Below, piece by piece: positions 1 to 10,866 of a DNA stretch of 34,624 bases. Origin of the DNA: Halocafeteria seosinensis (lineage: Eukaryota); assembly GCA_001687465.1 (NCBI GenBank), contig LVLI01000696.1:62001-96624 (forward strand), read 5' to 3'. How positions within the stretch are numbered: the first letter of the stretch is position 1; the number at the start of each line of letters is the position of its first letter. Position numbers and translations under genes: made by a program. Below the pieces are notes generated by a model. The model ran no database searches. It saw only the letters and a list, made by a program, of their open reading frames with translations, and was not told the DNA's origin.

Positions 1-641
1 ACTTGACGATTTCCAAATAACCGCCTTCTGCAGCAACATGAATGGCTTCCATTCCGGATTCCTGTGCATTATTATACGTAAGCACAAGCGAAAACATATA
101 CACCGATTCGTCCAATATGACGTAGGTCCGTAAAACGTACCGTCTTACGTTCGTCCGGTTTCATGCCATACGATTCCACAAGGTATCGAACAATATCCAG
201 GTGTGCATTTCGGCACCCTTGATGCAGGGCCGTATTACCATCGTCATCAGGTACTGATGGATCCAATCCGTAGTTCTCTATCCCTTGCTTAAGCACTTCC
301 AAATGGCCTTCTCGGGCGGCTATGTGGAGAAACACTGGGTTCTGAGAGCTCACGTTAAGTTCCTCCACGAGATATTTGACGATATGGGAGAACCCTCCAG
401 ACACTGCCGCTTCTAATGCTTCACTCTTCTTCTTGTCGTTGGCATCAGAAAGCAGTTGTTTAAGCTGTTCTAATGAAATATCCCCCTGTTCAATGGCCGC
501 ATGGAGGTCCTCCGTGAGTCCCTCCTCCTTCTCTGTCGATTCCCCATCCCCTTTGTCAGCATGAGGACTCTCCTCGTGCTCCTCCTGCTGACTATGGCGG
601 TGCTGATCAGCATCAGTCTCTGCTTCCTTCCCCTCTGACAT
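1..641 (-). CDS. Ankyrin-repeat protein, N-terminal part; runs off the left edge
   Basis: ATG at 641. An acidic N-terminus is followed by ankyrin repeats (FLHIAAREGHLEVLK, GNTALHQGCRNAHLDIVRYLV). A GT-AG intron at 140..62 splices in frame to another repeat, ESGMEAIHVAAEGGYLEIVK. Confidence 0.9.
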
Positions 642-798
642 TATGCAACAATGGCCCCCATCGAGTCACAACTTGAAGTTCCCGCAACAATCCATTCGCC
701 ACGCTACACACTACACACGACCTCACCATAGATAGCCTAGTATACATGATTTATTAGGTTTGTTCTTGGTTTCAGCGTCATTGGAGAAGGGAAAGAGA

Positions 799-1696
799 AT
801 GAATAACCTCAAAAAGAATTTGACATGGGCGGAAGCCCAACAGGACGATTCCATACAGACATTTGAACACCCTCTGACTGAGATGACAATGGAAAAGTCC
901 CATTTCGCAGAGACATTCGGACCCGTGCTGGAGCAGCTCGATGGTACGGATATGGCCTCCTATGTGGACTTTTTCTTCGAGAGGAACCCCATGGACCCTT
1001 CGTACGTAGTGTATATGTAACTATGGAGCAAGAAGTTATGCATGGCGTGAATTGTCGTGTATATGCATGCATGATGAGGGGTGGGTGTGAACTTTTTCCT
1101 CACCTTTGTGCTTCACTGGCTGGCGCAGACACTTAAAGTATCGCGATGAAGATGCGAAACAAGATTTCATGGAATGGGCGATTGACGAAGAATGCATGCC
1201 GACAGTCAAGGAAGTGTCACAGGTATGCAGCTGTTCTTTTTGATTGGATCATGTCCATACTGGACAAACCTACTTTCTTCTGTTTTATTTTTCGTTTCAG
1301 GGAGAAGATGAAGATGCTCGCCAAGAACGGTTAGAGAAAGAAAAGAAGGATGCCGAGAAGCGGAAACGCGAAGAGGAAAGCCGGAAGAAGCAAGAAGAGA
1401 TTAATGCCCAAAAGCAAGCAGAGTTAAAGTCCTTCACGGATACAAATGAAGCAAAGAAACTGATGAAAATGTGGGATGGGCTAAAACAAACAAGACAAAA
1501 ACAAAATGCAAAACCAGATAAGATTGAACGAGCACAGCAGACACTATATGACTCATACGCCAAGTATAAGCAGAATTTCCCGGATATTTCTTCTTTGGCA
1601 TTGTTACCGACGGACTTATTGAAGGAAGTCGACCAAGATGTGGCCGCTGCCGTCGCAGAAACTACTACACACGATGAAGCTGGTGCCCCCGCTTGA
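799..1696 (+). CDS. Hypothetical protein with a charged coiled-coil segment (3 exons)
   Basis: ATG at 799. GT-AG introns 1002..1128 and 1223..1300 join exons in frame (..NPMDPS|HLKYRDE..EVSQ|GEDEDARQERLEKEKK..). Stop at 1696. No recognisable domain. Confidence 0.7.
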
Positions 1697-2193
1697 TAGC
1701 TATAGTCTTTCCTCGCAGTAGCGGCTCAGTGGCGACTCATTTAGACCGAGTCCTGCATCCGCTTCATAAATTCGGCGACGCGGGGATCGGAAAATATGAA
1801 ATGACACACAAAGTAACAATTAAACGAGTCGTTCATGGTAGGCACAAGCTTGTGTGCGGCGTTGTTGCTGAACAATGTCCTTCAGCAACTGGTTTGGCGC
1901 CAGCGCGAGTACGACTACATCAGTCTTTTCCGTATGAATACAAGGACTGACTCCCACTCTTGTTAGCTCTCATCCCCTGGTGCTTCCCAATGCAATTGCT
2001 CACCGCTAACTCCGATGTGTCCTGCCGACGGCTGAAGAAATTTCCTCCTAAGTGGCTAGACGTCGGTGACGAGAGCCATGCAGTGAATTGATTGTGTTGG
2101 TCGTTCCAGGTTGTGTTTTCCTGCTTAAATTGTTTGGCATCTACTGAAAACCCGTATCTTGCTTTTGAGCAACAGCTTAACTGTTCTGCGGAA

Positions 2194-4224
2194 ATGGCTG
2201 CGGCAGGAAAGTCGGATGGAGACGACGAAATCGTTCCCGAGGGCGATTGGATATCCCAGTTGAATGTGCTGTGTGGGAAAAAGAAGGAATTCGAACGTTT
2301 CCAATTTAATCAGGAGGAGAGACATGGATACATGTGGGAGGTCGTGCAAGTGAGCAAAAACAACCGGTGCATAGCCCGGGCTGAACAGTGGTATACAGGA
2401 GGAAAGAAGAAGCGAAAGGAAGCTCAGCAACGCGCTGCTTTTATCGCACTGAGAAAGCTGGGGAAACTCCCCCCGAGCGATGAAATCAATCAAAGTAAGA
2501 AGAAGAAAGAAAAGGCAAATGGAAATGGGACAACAAACGGTCACGTAGCCAACCTCGCACACCAAGTTGGGCGCCTCTCACTGGATGGTTCCAACGAGAG
2601 GGGGACCCAGTCTCAAAAGTCGTCAACCCAGCCTCAAGACGGAAAGCACCCAGCTAAAAAGCCATCTAAACCAAACATCCAGCAGCATGTTGACTCTGGT
2701 GTTCGCGCGCTACTGTCCTGGGAAGAGGATGATAGACTGGCTGACTCGGTGGAATTTGAGAATGACACTGGTGCAGATGAAGATTCTGATCGAGAGATGG
2801 ACCTGCTTCCACCGGATCGTGGGAATTCCATGCAGGGAAATGATGGCAACGATACCGTTGATAAAGCACCTCTCTTCTCCCGACCAGTGCTCGAGAGGAA
2901 TCGTAACTCGCTACTTCAATACGGCGTCCTCGGATCTCTTGCAGACCAGGAAGTCCCGCTTGCAAGCTCGCGCGTATATATCAACACGAACGTCCCATTT
3001 ACTGGAATTATCTGCGGTGTACAAGGTAAAGGTAAATCCCACACCTTATCTACAATCTTAGAGAGTTGTTTGATTAAGGACAGGCAGATCGGGTACTTGA
3101 GAACGCCCCTCTCCGCTATGGTATGTCATGTTGACCCACAAGGTGGTAGGAGTCCAGCGACAACCCATCCTTGCGAGGCAGTTTCTTTGGCATTGCCTGC
3201 TGAAGGGAAGACTAATTGTGTCAACAGTGTAACAGTTGTCGTAAGTCCTAGCAACTTTAGAACGATGAAGACTGTATATCGCGAGGTGGCACACGTGAAC
3301 GTCCAACCATTCTTTCTCTCTGAAAAAGACTTGGATGTAACAAACATGGATATCCTAATGGCGACCGATGATACCGATAGCAGTTCGCTCTACATGAGCA
3401 AAGTTCATCAGATATTAAGGGAAATGGGTGATGAGTTTAATTACGATCAGTTTACGCATCGGCTCGAGGAGATAGAATTCAACTCAGCGCAGCGAGCAAT
3501 GCTACAGCTAAGATTGGATCTGCTAGAAAGCTTCCTTCTTGAGAAAGTGATGAATAAAACTGAAGAGAGTTTGCCCACTCCGAGACGTGTCCAGGAACTA
3601 TTTCAACCCGGCGGATTGGTGATTGTAGACCTCACCGACCCTTTGATCCCCAGTAGCGCCGCATGTGCGTATTTCAACGTAGTCATCGACATTTTCTCAA
3701 GAGCTCAAGTCTCTACTGGAAAGGTTCTAGTACTTGACGAAGCACATAAGTACCTGTCTCAGCAAGCGACAGCGAAAACCTTGATGTGGAATGTGTCTCG
3801 CTTAATTCGAGAAAGGCGTCACAACGGTATAAGTACCTTAATTAGCACACAAGATCCGACATCAGTTGGGTCGGACTTTTTGGAATTGAGCTCATTTCTC
3901 ATATTGCACTGCTTCCAAAGCTTTCGTTGGGCCAAATTTCTGCAAGGGTACTTTGGCACGTACAGTGACTCACTAGAAGACTCAAGCGAACAAGAAGGGA
4001 TTGAAGCGTGGTTGCAGCGTATTTCGAGCCTTTACACCGGACAGGCGATGATCTATTGCCCAGATGGGTTCTTTCCTGTGGACGTCCAAGACGACATTCA
4101 GCCACTCTTGCGCAACTACATCCGTGTAATGGTACGCCAACGCATTACTGCAGATAGGGGAGAAACTGTCACTGCCCACAAATCCATTTCTGTGCGCAAC
4201 GCTTCTGCAGCTTCGCAACTTTGA
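2194..4224 (+). CDS. dsRBD-like domain + HerA/FtsK-superfamily P-loop ATPase, paralog 1 (intronless)
   Basis: First in-frame ATG at 2194. The N-terminal DWISQLNVLC..GGKKKRKEAQQRAAFIALRKL fits the dsRBD pattern. Walker A GVQGKGKSHT (~3016), Walker B VLVLDEAHKY (~3724), and IRERRHNG..LISTQDP, the arginine-finger/Gln motif of HerA/FtsK ATPases. Confidence 0.85.
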   Translation: MAAAGKSDGDDEIVPEGDWISQLNVLCGKKKEFERFQFNQEERHGYMWEVVQVSKNNRCIARAEQWYTGGKKKRKEAQQRAAFIALRKLGKLPPSDEINQSKKKKEKANGNGTTNGHVANLAHQVGRLSLDGSNERGTQSQKSSTQPQDGKHPAKKPSKPNIQQHVDSGVRALLSWEEDDRLADSVEFENDTGADEDSDREMDLLPPDRGNSMQGNDGNDTVDKAPLFSRPVLERNRNSLLQYGVLGSLADQEVPLASSRVYINTNVPFTGIICGVQGKGKSHTLSTILESCLIKDRQIGYLRTPLSAMVCHVDPQGGRSPATTHPCEAVSLALPAEGKTNCVNSVTVVVSPSNFRTMKTVYREVAHVNVQPFFLSEKDLDVTNMDILMATDDTDSSSLYMSKVHQILREMGDEFNYDQFTHRLEEIEFNSAQRAMLQLRLDLLESFLLEKVMNKTEESLPTPRRVQELFQPGGLVIVDLTDPLIPSSAACAYFNVVIDIFSRAQVSTGKVLVLDEAHKYLSQQATAKTLMWNVSRLIRERRHNGISTLISTQDPTSVGSDFLELSSFLILHCFQSFRWAKFLQGYFGTYSDSLEDSSEQEGIEAWLQRISSLYTGQAMIYCPDGFFPVDVQDDIQPLLRNYIRVMVRQRITADRGETVTAHKSISVRNASAASQL

Positions 4225-4804
4225 TGGTTATCTTTATTCAGTGCACTTCTTTGTATTCTCCCGATACTCAACTGGGTATTGTACGGTATCGCGGAATCAT
4301 CATCGATTCGCACATCCGTAAGGTTTGTTTTGTATCACGTTAGTGATGTGCCATTATTTCCCAAATAGGAACTAAACTTGCGACCGTTTTGTACGCATGT
4401 TTGTACCCTGGAAGTTGCTAACTTATTTCTTTTCTAGGTTGGAAAAGTGTTGTTTCAAGGTCTCGCGATCACAGCGGGGAAATGCATACCAATTGTATCT
4501 ATCGTGCGTCTCCCACGACCCATTGAACCAGTTTTCAGACAGCTAGACATGACCAAACTACCATAGCCTTGGGAATTGAACCGAAATGATCTCGAAAGTT
4601 TGGATGCTCACAGGCGGAGTTCACCGTCGGAACAGTCCAAGAAATTTCCTGTGTGAGAAACACTACAAGTGGCCATGCACAACGATTCCATGAGATGCTT
4701 TGTTCGTAGCACCACTTTGCTCTGGAAATACTGTTGACAAAGCTTTTATAGTCTATACTTTGGTCTTCTGCGTTCAAAGAATCCTCGGCAAGAATTCCGC
4801 TAAA

Positions 4805-6715
4805 ATGGCTGCAACAACCACAAAAGACCCAAAGTCACAATTGAACGAGGTTTGCATGAAGAAACGTATGAAACTTTTTACCGATATCAGTGAAGACCAT
4901 AAAGTAGTTTTAACCGTTCGTGATGCAAAAGAAAATGTAGTTGTGAGAATGCCAGAACCAGTGGAACCAGCTCTGAAGGGTAAGGATCGGATACTCGCTC
5001 AAAAGAAGGCTGGACAGGCCGCCGCTGACAAAGCACTGCGTCGACTGAGTGCTCTAAAGGAAGACAAAATTGGAGATTCTCGACAGCAAGAATTGCCGGA
5101 CACTGACGGCAACAAAGAAAAAACAAGTCCCCATGATCTCATTCCCGCTGAGTGTGACATAGGGTATTGTAATGGTTTTGGTGCTGGCCTGAGAGCAATA
5201 GCATGTTATACTCGGCTAGAAAAGGAAAAAAAAGCAAATATCGTTCCCATACACCCTAAATCAGATTCGGGGACCTCTGTAAGAGATGGGAATGGCGACA
5301 TTGATGATCAAAGACTTCGTCCAGATGACATGGCTTACGAAGATGGGGATGCAATTTCCTATGATAATACGAGTGCCATGTTGAAGACGGCGCCTCTTTT
5401 TTGCAAAGCGTCAGTCGCTTCGAATGAGCTCCCGCAATACGGCTTACTAGGATATCATGAGACTTCTGACCAACAGTTTGCCCCCGTTTGTATAAACACG
5501 AACGCTCCGTTTTCCGGGTTTATTTGCGGTCTTCAGGGAAAGGGTAAATCCCACACGTTGTCTACTATACTTGAAAGTTGTTTGATTAAAGACGATAGCA
5601 TTGGCTGTTTGAACAAGCCACTATCGGCCATGGTATGCCACGTTGATCCACAGGGTGGGAACTATTTGGAAACAACTTATCCTTGTGAGGCTCTATCTTT
5701 GGCAGTGCCTGCTGAAGGGGAAAACAACTGCGTAAAGGATGTGACCGTTCTCGTTAGCTACAGTAACTTCAATACAATGCAAGAGGTATACAAACACGCT
5801 TGCAAAGAATCTACTAAAGATGTAACGGTGCAACCATTCTTTCTTTCGAAGAGTGACTTGAACGTTACTAACATGATGGTCCTTATGGCAAGCGACGATA
5901 ACAGTAACAGCTCACTGTACATGAGCAAGGTGCAACAGATACTAACACAAATGGGTGACCAGTTTGACTATGACGTCTTCAAGCAGCTAGTCGAAGATGT
6001 TGAATTTAATCCCACGCAAAAGACGATGCTACGTCTACGACTTCAAATGCTAGAAAGCTTCCTCTTGGAAAACGTGCTAGAAAATGCTCCCTTTGAAACA
6101 GAGAACCTGGAACGCCCGAAACGCATTCAAGAGCTCTTCCAACCCGGAGGATTGGTTATAGTAGACCTCACAGATCCGCTTATTCCGGGAAGTACAGCAT
6201 GCGCGTATTTCAATATCCTCATAGATGATTTCTTGAGGGCGCAGGTTTCAACTGGGAAGCTACTAGTTCTCGACGAAGCGCATAAGTACATATCAGATCA
6301 TCCGGCAGCAAAAGGGTTGATGGGAAACGTCTCCCGTTTGATTCGGGAGAGGCGCCACAATGGTGTAAGAACCTTGATAAGCACACAAGACCCCACATCT
6401 ATCAGTCCTGACTTCTTGGAATTAAGCTCTTTTGTAATACTTCATTCCTTTCAGAGCGTCCACTGGGCGAGATTTCTGCAGCGTTACTTTGGATCATACT
6501 GTTCCGAAAGTAACGAACAACTACCCGTTGAGGAATGGCTCACACGAGTCTCAAGTCTCCCTCCCGGACGGGCAATGATTCGTTGTGCTGATGGACTATT
6601 TCCATCTGAAGATCAAGGGGCTGTTAGGCCACTCCTGCAGCGATACATCAGGGTGGCTATACGCAAACGCATAACAGTTGACATGGGTCTTACAACTCTG
6701 GCCTATCAACTGTAG
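4805..6715 (+). CDS. dsRBD-like domain + HerA/FtsK-superfamily P-loop ATPase, paralog 2 (intronless)
   Basis: ATG at 4805. N-terminal DPKSQLNEVCMK..QKKAGQAAADKALRRL, Walker A GLQGKGKSHT (~5528), Walker B LLVLDEAHKY, IRERRHNGVRTLISTQDP. The ATPase region is colinear with paralog 1. Confidence 0.85.
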   Translation: MAATTTKDPKSQLNEVCMKKRMKLFTDISEDHKVVLTVRDAKENVVVRMPEPVEPALKGKDRILAQKKAGQAAADKALRRLSALKEDKIGDSRQQELPDTDGNKEKTSPHDLIPAECDIGYCNGFGAGLRAIACYTRLEKEKKANIVPIHPKSDSGTSVRDGNGDIDDQRLRPDDMAYEDGDAISYDNTSAMLKTAPLFCKASVASNELPQYGLLGYHETSDQQFAPVCINTNAPFSGFICGLQGKGKSHTLSTILESCLIKDDSIGCLNKPLSAMVCHVDPQGGNYLETTYPCEALSLAVPAEGENNCVKDVTVLVSYSNFNTMQEVYKHACKESTKDVTVQPFFLSKSDLNVTNMMVLMASDDNSNSSLYMSKVQQILTQMGDQFDYDVFKQLVEDVEFNPTQKTMLRLRLQMLESFLLENVLENAPFETENLERPKRIQELFQPGGLVIVDLTDPLIPGSTACAYFNILIDDFLRAQVSTGKLLVLDEAHKYISDHPAAKGLMGNVSRLIRERRHNGVRTLISTQDPTSISPDFLELSSFVILHSFQSVHWARFLQRYFGSYCSESNEQLPVEEWLTRVSSLPPGRAMIRCADGLFPSEDQGAVRPLLQRYIRVAIRKRITVDMGLTTLAYQL

Positions 6716-6983
6716 CTGCAGAAGGTACCCCCCCTCATGCTGGCGTCAATATGTAGAAATTGGGCTGCGAATTGCAGCGGTGCACGACTGTTTTCGTATG
6801 TTAATAGTATAACCAAGAGTGTCATTCATTGTTGCTTGCTGTAGCTTTTCTTGAATACACCTGAACTTGCCTTAGACCAGATGAGAACGATTATATCACA
6901 AAATCTGCTTTGTTCAAATGTTAGCCTTAGCCCCCAAACCCCATCAAACGCTTTCTTTCCATTGGCTTACCCGCTGAGGGAGC

Positions 6984-7808
6984 TTAGGAGTGGCCGCCAC
7001 TGTTTCGAACTTTCTGTTTAGTGTTACTACTGCTTTTTGACTTCTTCTTTAACACAGGAGCTTCCTTATTCTCAAGACCTAAAATAAAATCCCATTCGGA
7101 CTTCCTCACAGGCTGCACTGAAAGCCTTGCCCTGGTGAACAGAGCCATCTGCTTGAGTTCATCATAAGTTTTGAGCTCTTCCAGAGATATCAGACGTTTG
7201 AGTCGACGAACAAACTGGATATCCACTTTGTACCAGCGCGGATTTTCAGGTGTTGACTTTGGATCGTAATGCGGGTCTTTCTTGTCAAGCGCGCATTCAT
7301 CTGGCCCTAGCGAAGGTGAATTGCACGTGTAATGAAGCGTCATCGTTTACCTCCCTTGCATCTTTTATTGTTTTTTGAGGCTTACCTGGATATCCGTCCT
7401 TGACGACTTTAACAATGCCAACAATACCGGGTTCCTTACAATTGCTGTGGTAAAAGAACCCGCAATCTCCCACCTTCATATCATCTCTCATTAAATTGCG
7501 AGCTTGATAGTTCCTGTGTATCCTTTGAGAATTTGAAAGATAAAAGAGCATGTTGACACCAGAGTATACAAATACCCTTACCTCACGCCATCCCAATCCG
7601 CGATATTGTCTTTTTCCATCCTATCCAACGAGTACGACACATCTTCTCCTTTCTCGTAGCGGGGGTTGGGTTCCGATTTAAATAACCAGCAGGTGAATTC
7701 CCTCTCTGTGGAATTGGCTGTTGTCTTCTGCGTCTTCCTCCGATCCGCCGAATCGGCACTGGCTCCAGCAGCACTGGAGCGACTGCGCTTGCTCGTGTTA
7801 GCACTCAT
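6984..7808 (-). CDS. THYN1: EVE-domain protein (thymocyte nuclear protein 1-like), 3 exons
   Basis: EVE motifs WLFKSEP, WDGVRNYQARN, FFYHSNCKEPGIVG, YPD..YDPKS..NPRW, RLSVQPV. GT-AG introns 7581..7514 and 7385..7301 restore the frame. ATG at 7808. Confidence 0.93.
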
Positions 7809-8243
7809 TGTACAGTCTGTAGGTATCAGAAATGCAAGCCAATTCAAATGTGATTTTGGTGTTAATGTGCTCACACAGATCGCGATGCTCGCGCTCGAAA
7901 ACCCAAAATAGTTTCGGAAGCATGTGTTTTTAGCGATTCGACAACATCCTGATCTTGGCAGAGTCCAAGGGGCTACCAGATCCTCTTGTATATCGGAGCC
8001 TCGATCATGATGTTCCAAGTTGAAGTTTGGCCACCGCTACGAGGGCCTAACGAGGCAGACAAGGCTCCATTGAGTCTCCACACGCAAGTTGTACTTCTTC
8101 AATAGTCTAGTTTTGTTATTCAGTTCATTATTCGGCAGATTCGAGTGTGCCTTGTCCGGACAAAAGCAGTAGTTAGAGTGATATGGGCGAATAAAAGTGG
8201 CTGGCCATGTACAGGCATTGGTACCACCTTTGATCATCCTACA

Positions 8244-9104
8244 ATGGAGCAGCGACCCGCAGCAAAGTGTAATCGGCATAATGCAACTCTCTATACATCC
8301 CACCTCACAATTGGGCTGTTTGGGATCTTACTCTACACATGGACGGTACGTTCACGAGCTGCAGACCAAGAGGACCAAACCTGTCATACTCGTTTCTTCG
8401 GCGCAGATATTAGCGATACAAGCGAAACCTGCAGCAGACTTTCACCCTCTCAACAGTCTACCAGGTGCCTTGTACTTTCCGCTAGCCTCCTTGGGAGTAT
8501 GGATCACCATACTCAGTTTATTCGCACTCTACGGCGCATTCCAGCATGAGTTCCGCTTGGGCCGCATTATCCTCCGCCTACATACGTGGTTATTGGTACT
8601 GATTGAGAGTACCGTCGTAGTTATCGTCGTTCTATTAGGAGCATACGTTCTCGATGGCAACCCAGATACAGGAGGACCACTACGTACGTATATCATGACT
8701 TTCATTCCTTGGTTTCTGTGACTGTGCTAAACGAGGGAATGTTGTGTTTGATCTACAGGAACGACCTTTGATAAATTCGCAGCACACAACTTCGAGCACT
8801 GCTGCAGCTCGTTTGAGAACGCGCATCTGCACGCATCCGATCCTTTTCACAGCAAGTGTTTTGTATCTGTGTCTTCGAGCGTGGTGAAAGATCACTGTGG
8901 AAGTGACAGTGATTTCCGGTACGTTGTTGCCACAAGATCATCTGGACAAGGTAAATGATCGTGCGAGTGACACGCTGACCTCACAGAGCTAGTCTTTTCA
9001 AGCGATATCATGACATGTTTAAGTACTTGGCTACCTTGGTGGTTGTCTCTCTCTTCGTAATCGGCACTATAGCCCACCATCAAAAGGTTCAACGCAGTAT
9101 GTAA
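8244..9104 (+). CDS. Tetraspanin-like four-TM membrane protein (3' end uncertain)
   Basis: Introns 8346..8406, 8684..8758 and 8919..8986 give TM1 (LTIGLFGILLYTWTILAI), TM2 (LASLGVWITILSLFALYGA), TM3 (WLLVLIESTVVVIVVLLGAYV), a loop with HCCS plus two more Cys, and TM4 (YLATLVVVSLFVI). Confidence 0.6.
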
Positions 9105-9633
9105 TCAGGAATAACTTGTTTCAGGACCTCACATATTTTCCAGCTTCATAAATGTTGAATGTAATGATGCAGAGTTAGGGGCGAGAAAGCATTCAGAATT
9201 ACTGAGGAGGTTTGAACCTGACACTTTCCAAGACCCTGGATATTACCAAAGAATGTACTGACTGAATGTCGGTCTGAGTCCGACTTTGTCTCGTAAAGGC
9301 AACCTCGGGCTCTGAGTTTCTTCTCTCTGGCATAACTTACCACATAAGGCAAAATTGGTCATCGCATGCGAAGGCCGTGCTACCAAAGGGAAGTGTGATA
9401 GGATGTAGAAACTGATAGAGTAGCACCATCTATTGAGGAATAATGTTGAAACGAGGATCAGTTGCCTTCTACTCGGCCTCAAAATTCCGTGATCATCCCA
9501 GTTGTGAAGTTGTGTTTGGGTTCAGTGTCAGATCCGCCTATTGTCCTCGGATTGACCTCATTATGCAATAGTTGACACATCTTGCAGTTCCTGTATAACT
9601 CCATTGTCTTTACCTTCCCGTTCATGTCCCAAG

Positions 9634-10518
9634 ATGGAAGATAAAGCTCTCACAGCGTATTACAATACGCTGAAACAAGCCGGGCCTCGTGGAGGTCGCG
9701 GTGGTCTCGGTATTGGCCATCGTAGTCGAGGCGTACAAGAACAACACCATGGCAAGAAGAACGTGCTGTATAAAAACTTTGTTCCCGCTGGTTTATACGA
9801 CCCTTCGGAAGACGATGGCTTCGAGGACTTAAATTCCAACAGCTTCAAGGGGCAGCGTGTGACATTTGACAGTTCCAATCAGACAGATAGCTCTTCCGAG
9901 AAGAAAAAAGATAAAAAGGCCAAGAAGAAGAAGGAGAAGAAGGAGAAGAGTCAATCAGATACACCTGCTGCTGCTGCCGCCGCCGCAGCTTCTGCGGGTT
10001 CGGCAGCAGCAACTGAGACGGAGGAATCCGTTTCGGCAAAGACCAAGAAAAAAGACAGTAGGAAAAAGGACAAGAAACAGGAAGCGGAGGGCGATAAACA
10101 GAAGCCAAAAAAGAAAAAGAGGAAGAAAACAACAACCGAGGATGCCCCTGAATCGACAAGGAATGTACCTAGTGAAGCAGCAGAACGACCAACAGACACC
10201 CCAGCGAAGAAGCCAAAGAAATCGAAAAAGAAAGCAACGCAAACAGATTCAAGTGAAATTAAGGATTCGAGCATCGGTGAACAAACGGAAAAAGTTTCAC
10301 ATAAGACGTCGGACAAGAAATCGAAGAAAGCAAAGAAGAGAGTAAAGGAAGACGGAGCTGCGAATGGTACAGCAACCAAGTCTCCCGAGCGTAAATCTGG
10401 AAGGAAGCGGGCAAGAGAGACAGAAGATAAAACTATGGGAACCGATTCTGAAGGACGGAAGAGGAATGAAGCTTCTGAAAACACCAAGAAGGCAAAGAAA
10501 AGCAAGAAGAAGTCGTGA
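9634..10518 (+). CDS. Lysine-rich low-complexity protein, possibly nucleolar
   Basis: Single ORF from ATG 9634. A short N-terminal segment (RGGRGGLGIG..LYKNFVPAG) precedes KKE/KKD-rich tracts and a poly-Ala run. Confidence 0.7.
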   Translation: MEDKALTAYYNTLKQAGPRGGRGGLGIGHRSRGVQEQHHGKKNVLYKNFVPAGLYDPSEDDGFEDLNSNSFKGQRVTFDSSNQTDSSSEKKKDKKAKKKKEKKEKSQSDTPAAAAAAAASAGSAAATETEESVSAKTKKKDSRKKDKKQEAEGDKQKPKKKKRKKTTTEDAPESTRNVPSEAAERPTDTPAKKPKKSKKKATQTDSSEIKDSSIGEQTEKVSHKTSDKKSKKAKKRVKEDGAANGTATKSPERKSGRKRARETEDKTMGTDSEGRKRNEASENTKKAKKSKKKS

Positions 10519-10866
10519 GCGAATAAACCCTGCTTCTCGTCCTTAATGGAGTTTTATGTATCGAGGCAGCCAGATCTGTCACTAGCTCTCTGAGTTCGCA
10601 CGGATGAGGAAATCGCGGAAGGTGCCACCGAGATGAGGGGTAACTACGTTCGCACAGGAGGAATACTACGATAACCTCTTGCGGTGGTTCCACTTTGGGA
10701 GGTGAGCGCCAGTGGTGCTTCAGTCAGATATTCAGGAAAACAATATGCTCGCATGTTCAGAGCTTTGATTTGGGTTGACGGAAACAGTACAACCGCTGTA
10801 ATTCATGGACATAGTCTAGTCTATGCGTAGTTGGTGTTTAGTTCCGTGTGAAATATTACAACGCAA

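Noticed and set aside
2092..2193. Upstream TTG starts at 2092 and 4700 in the ORF track
   Set aside because: This is a eukaryotic locus, and the first ATGs (2194, 4805) have matching context in both paralogs.
9845..10505. Long antisense and alternate-frame ORFs over the Lys-rich gene (similar shadows over PEX14 and eIF3b)
   Set aside because: These are shadow ORFs produced by low-complexity or codon-biased coding sequence.
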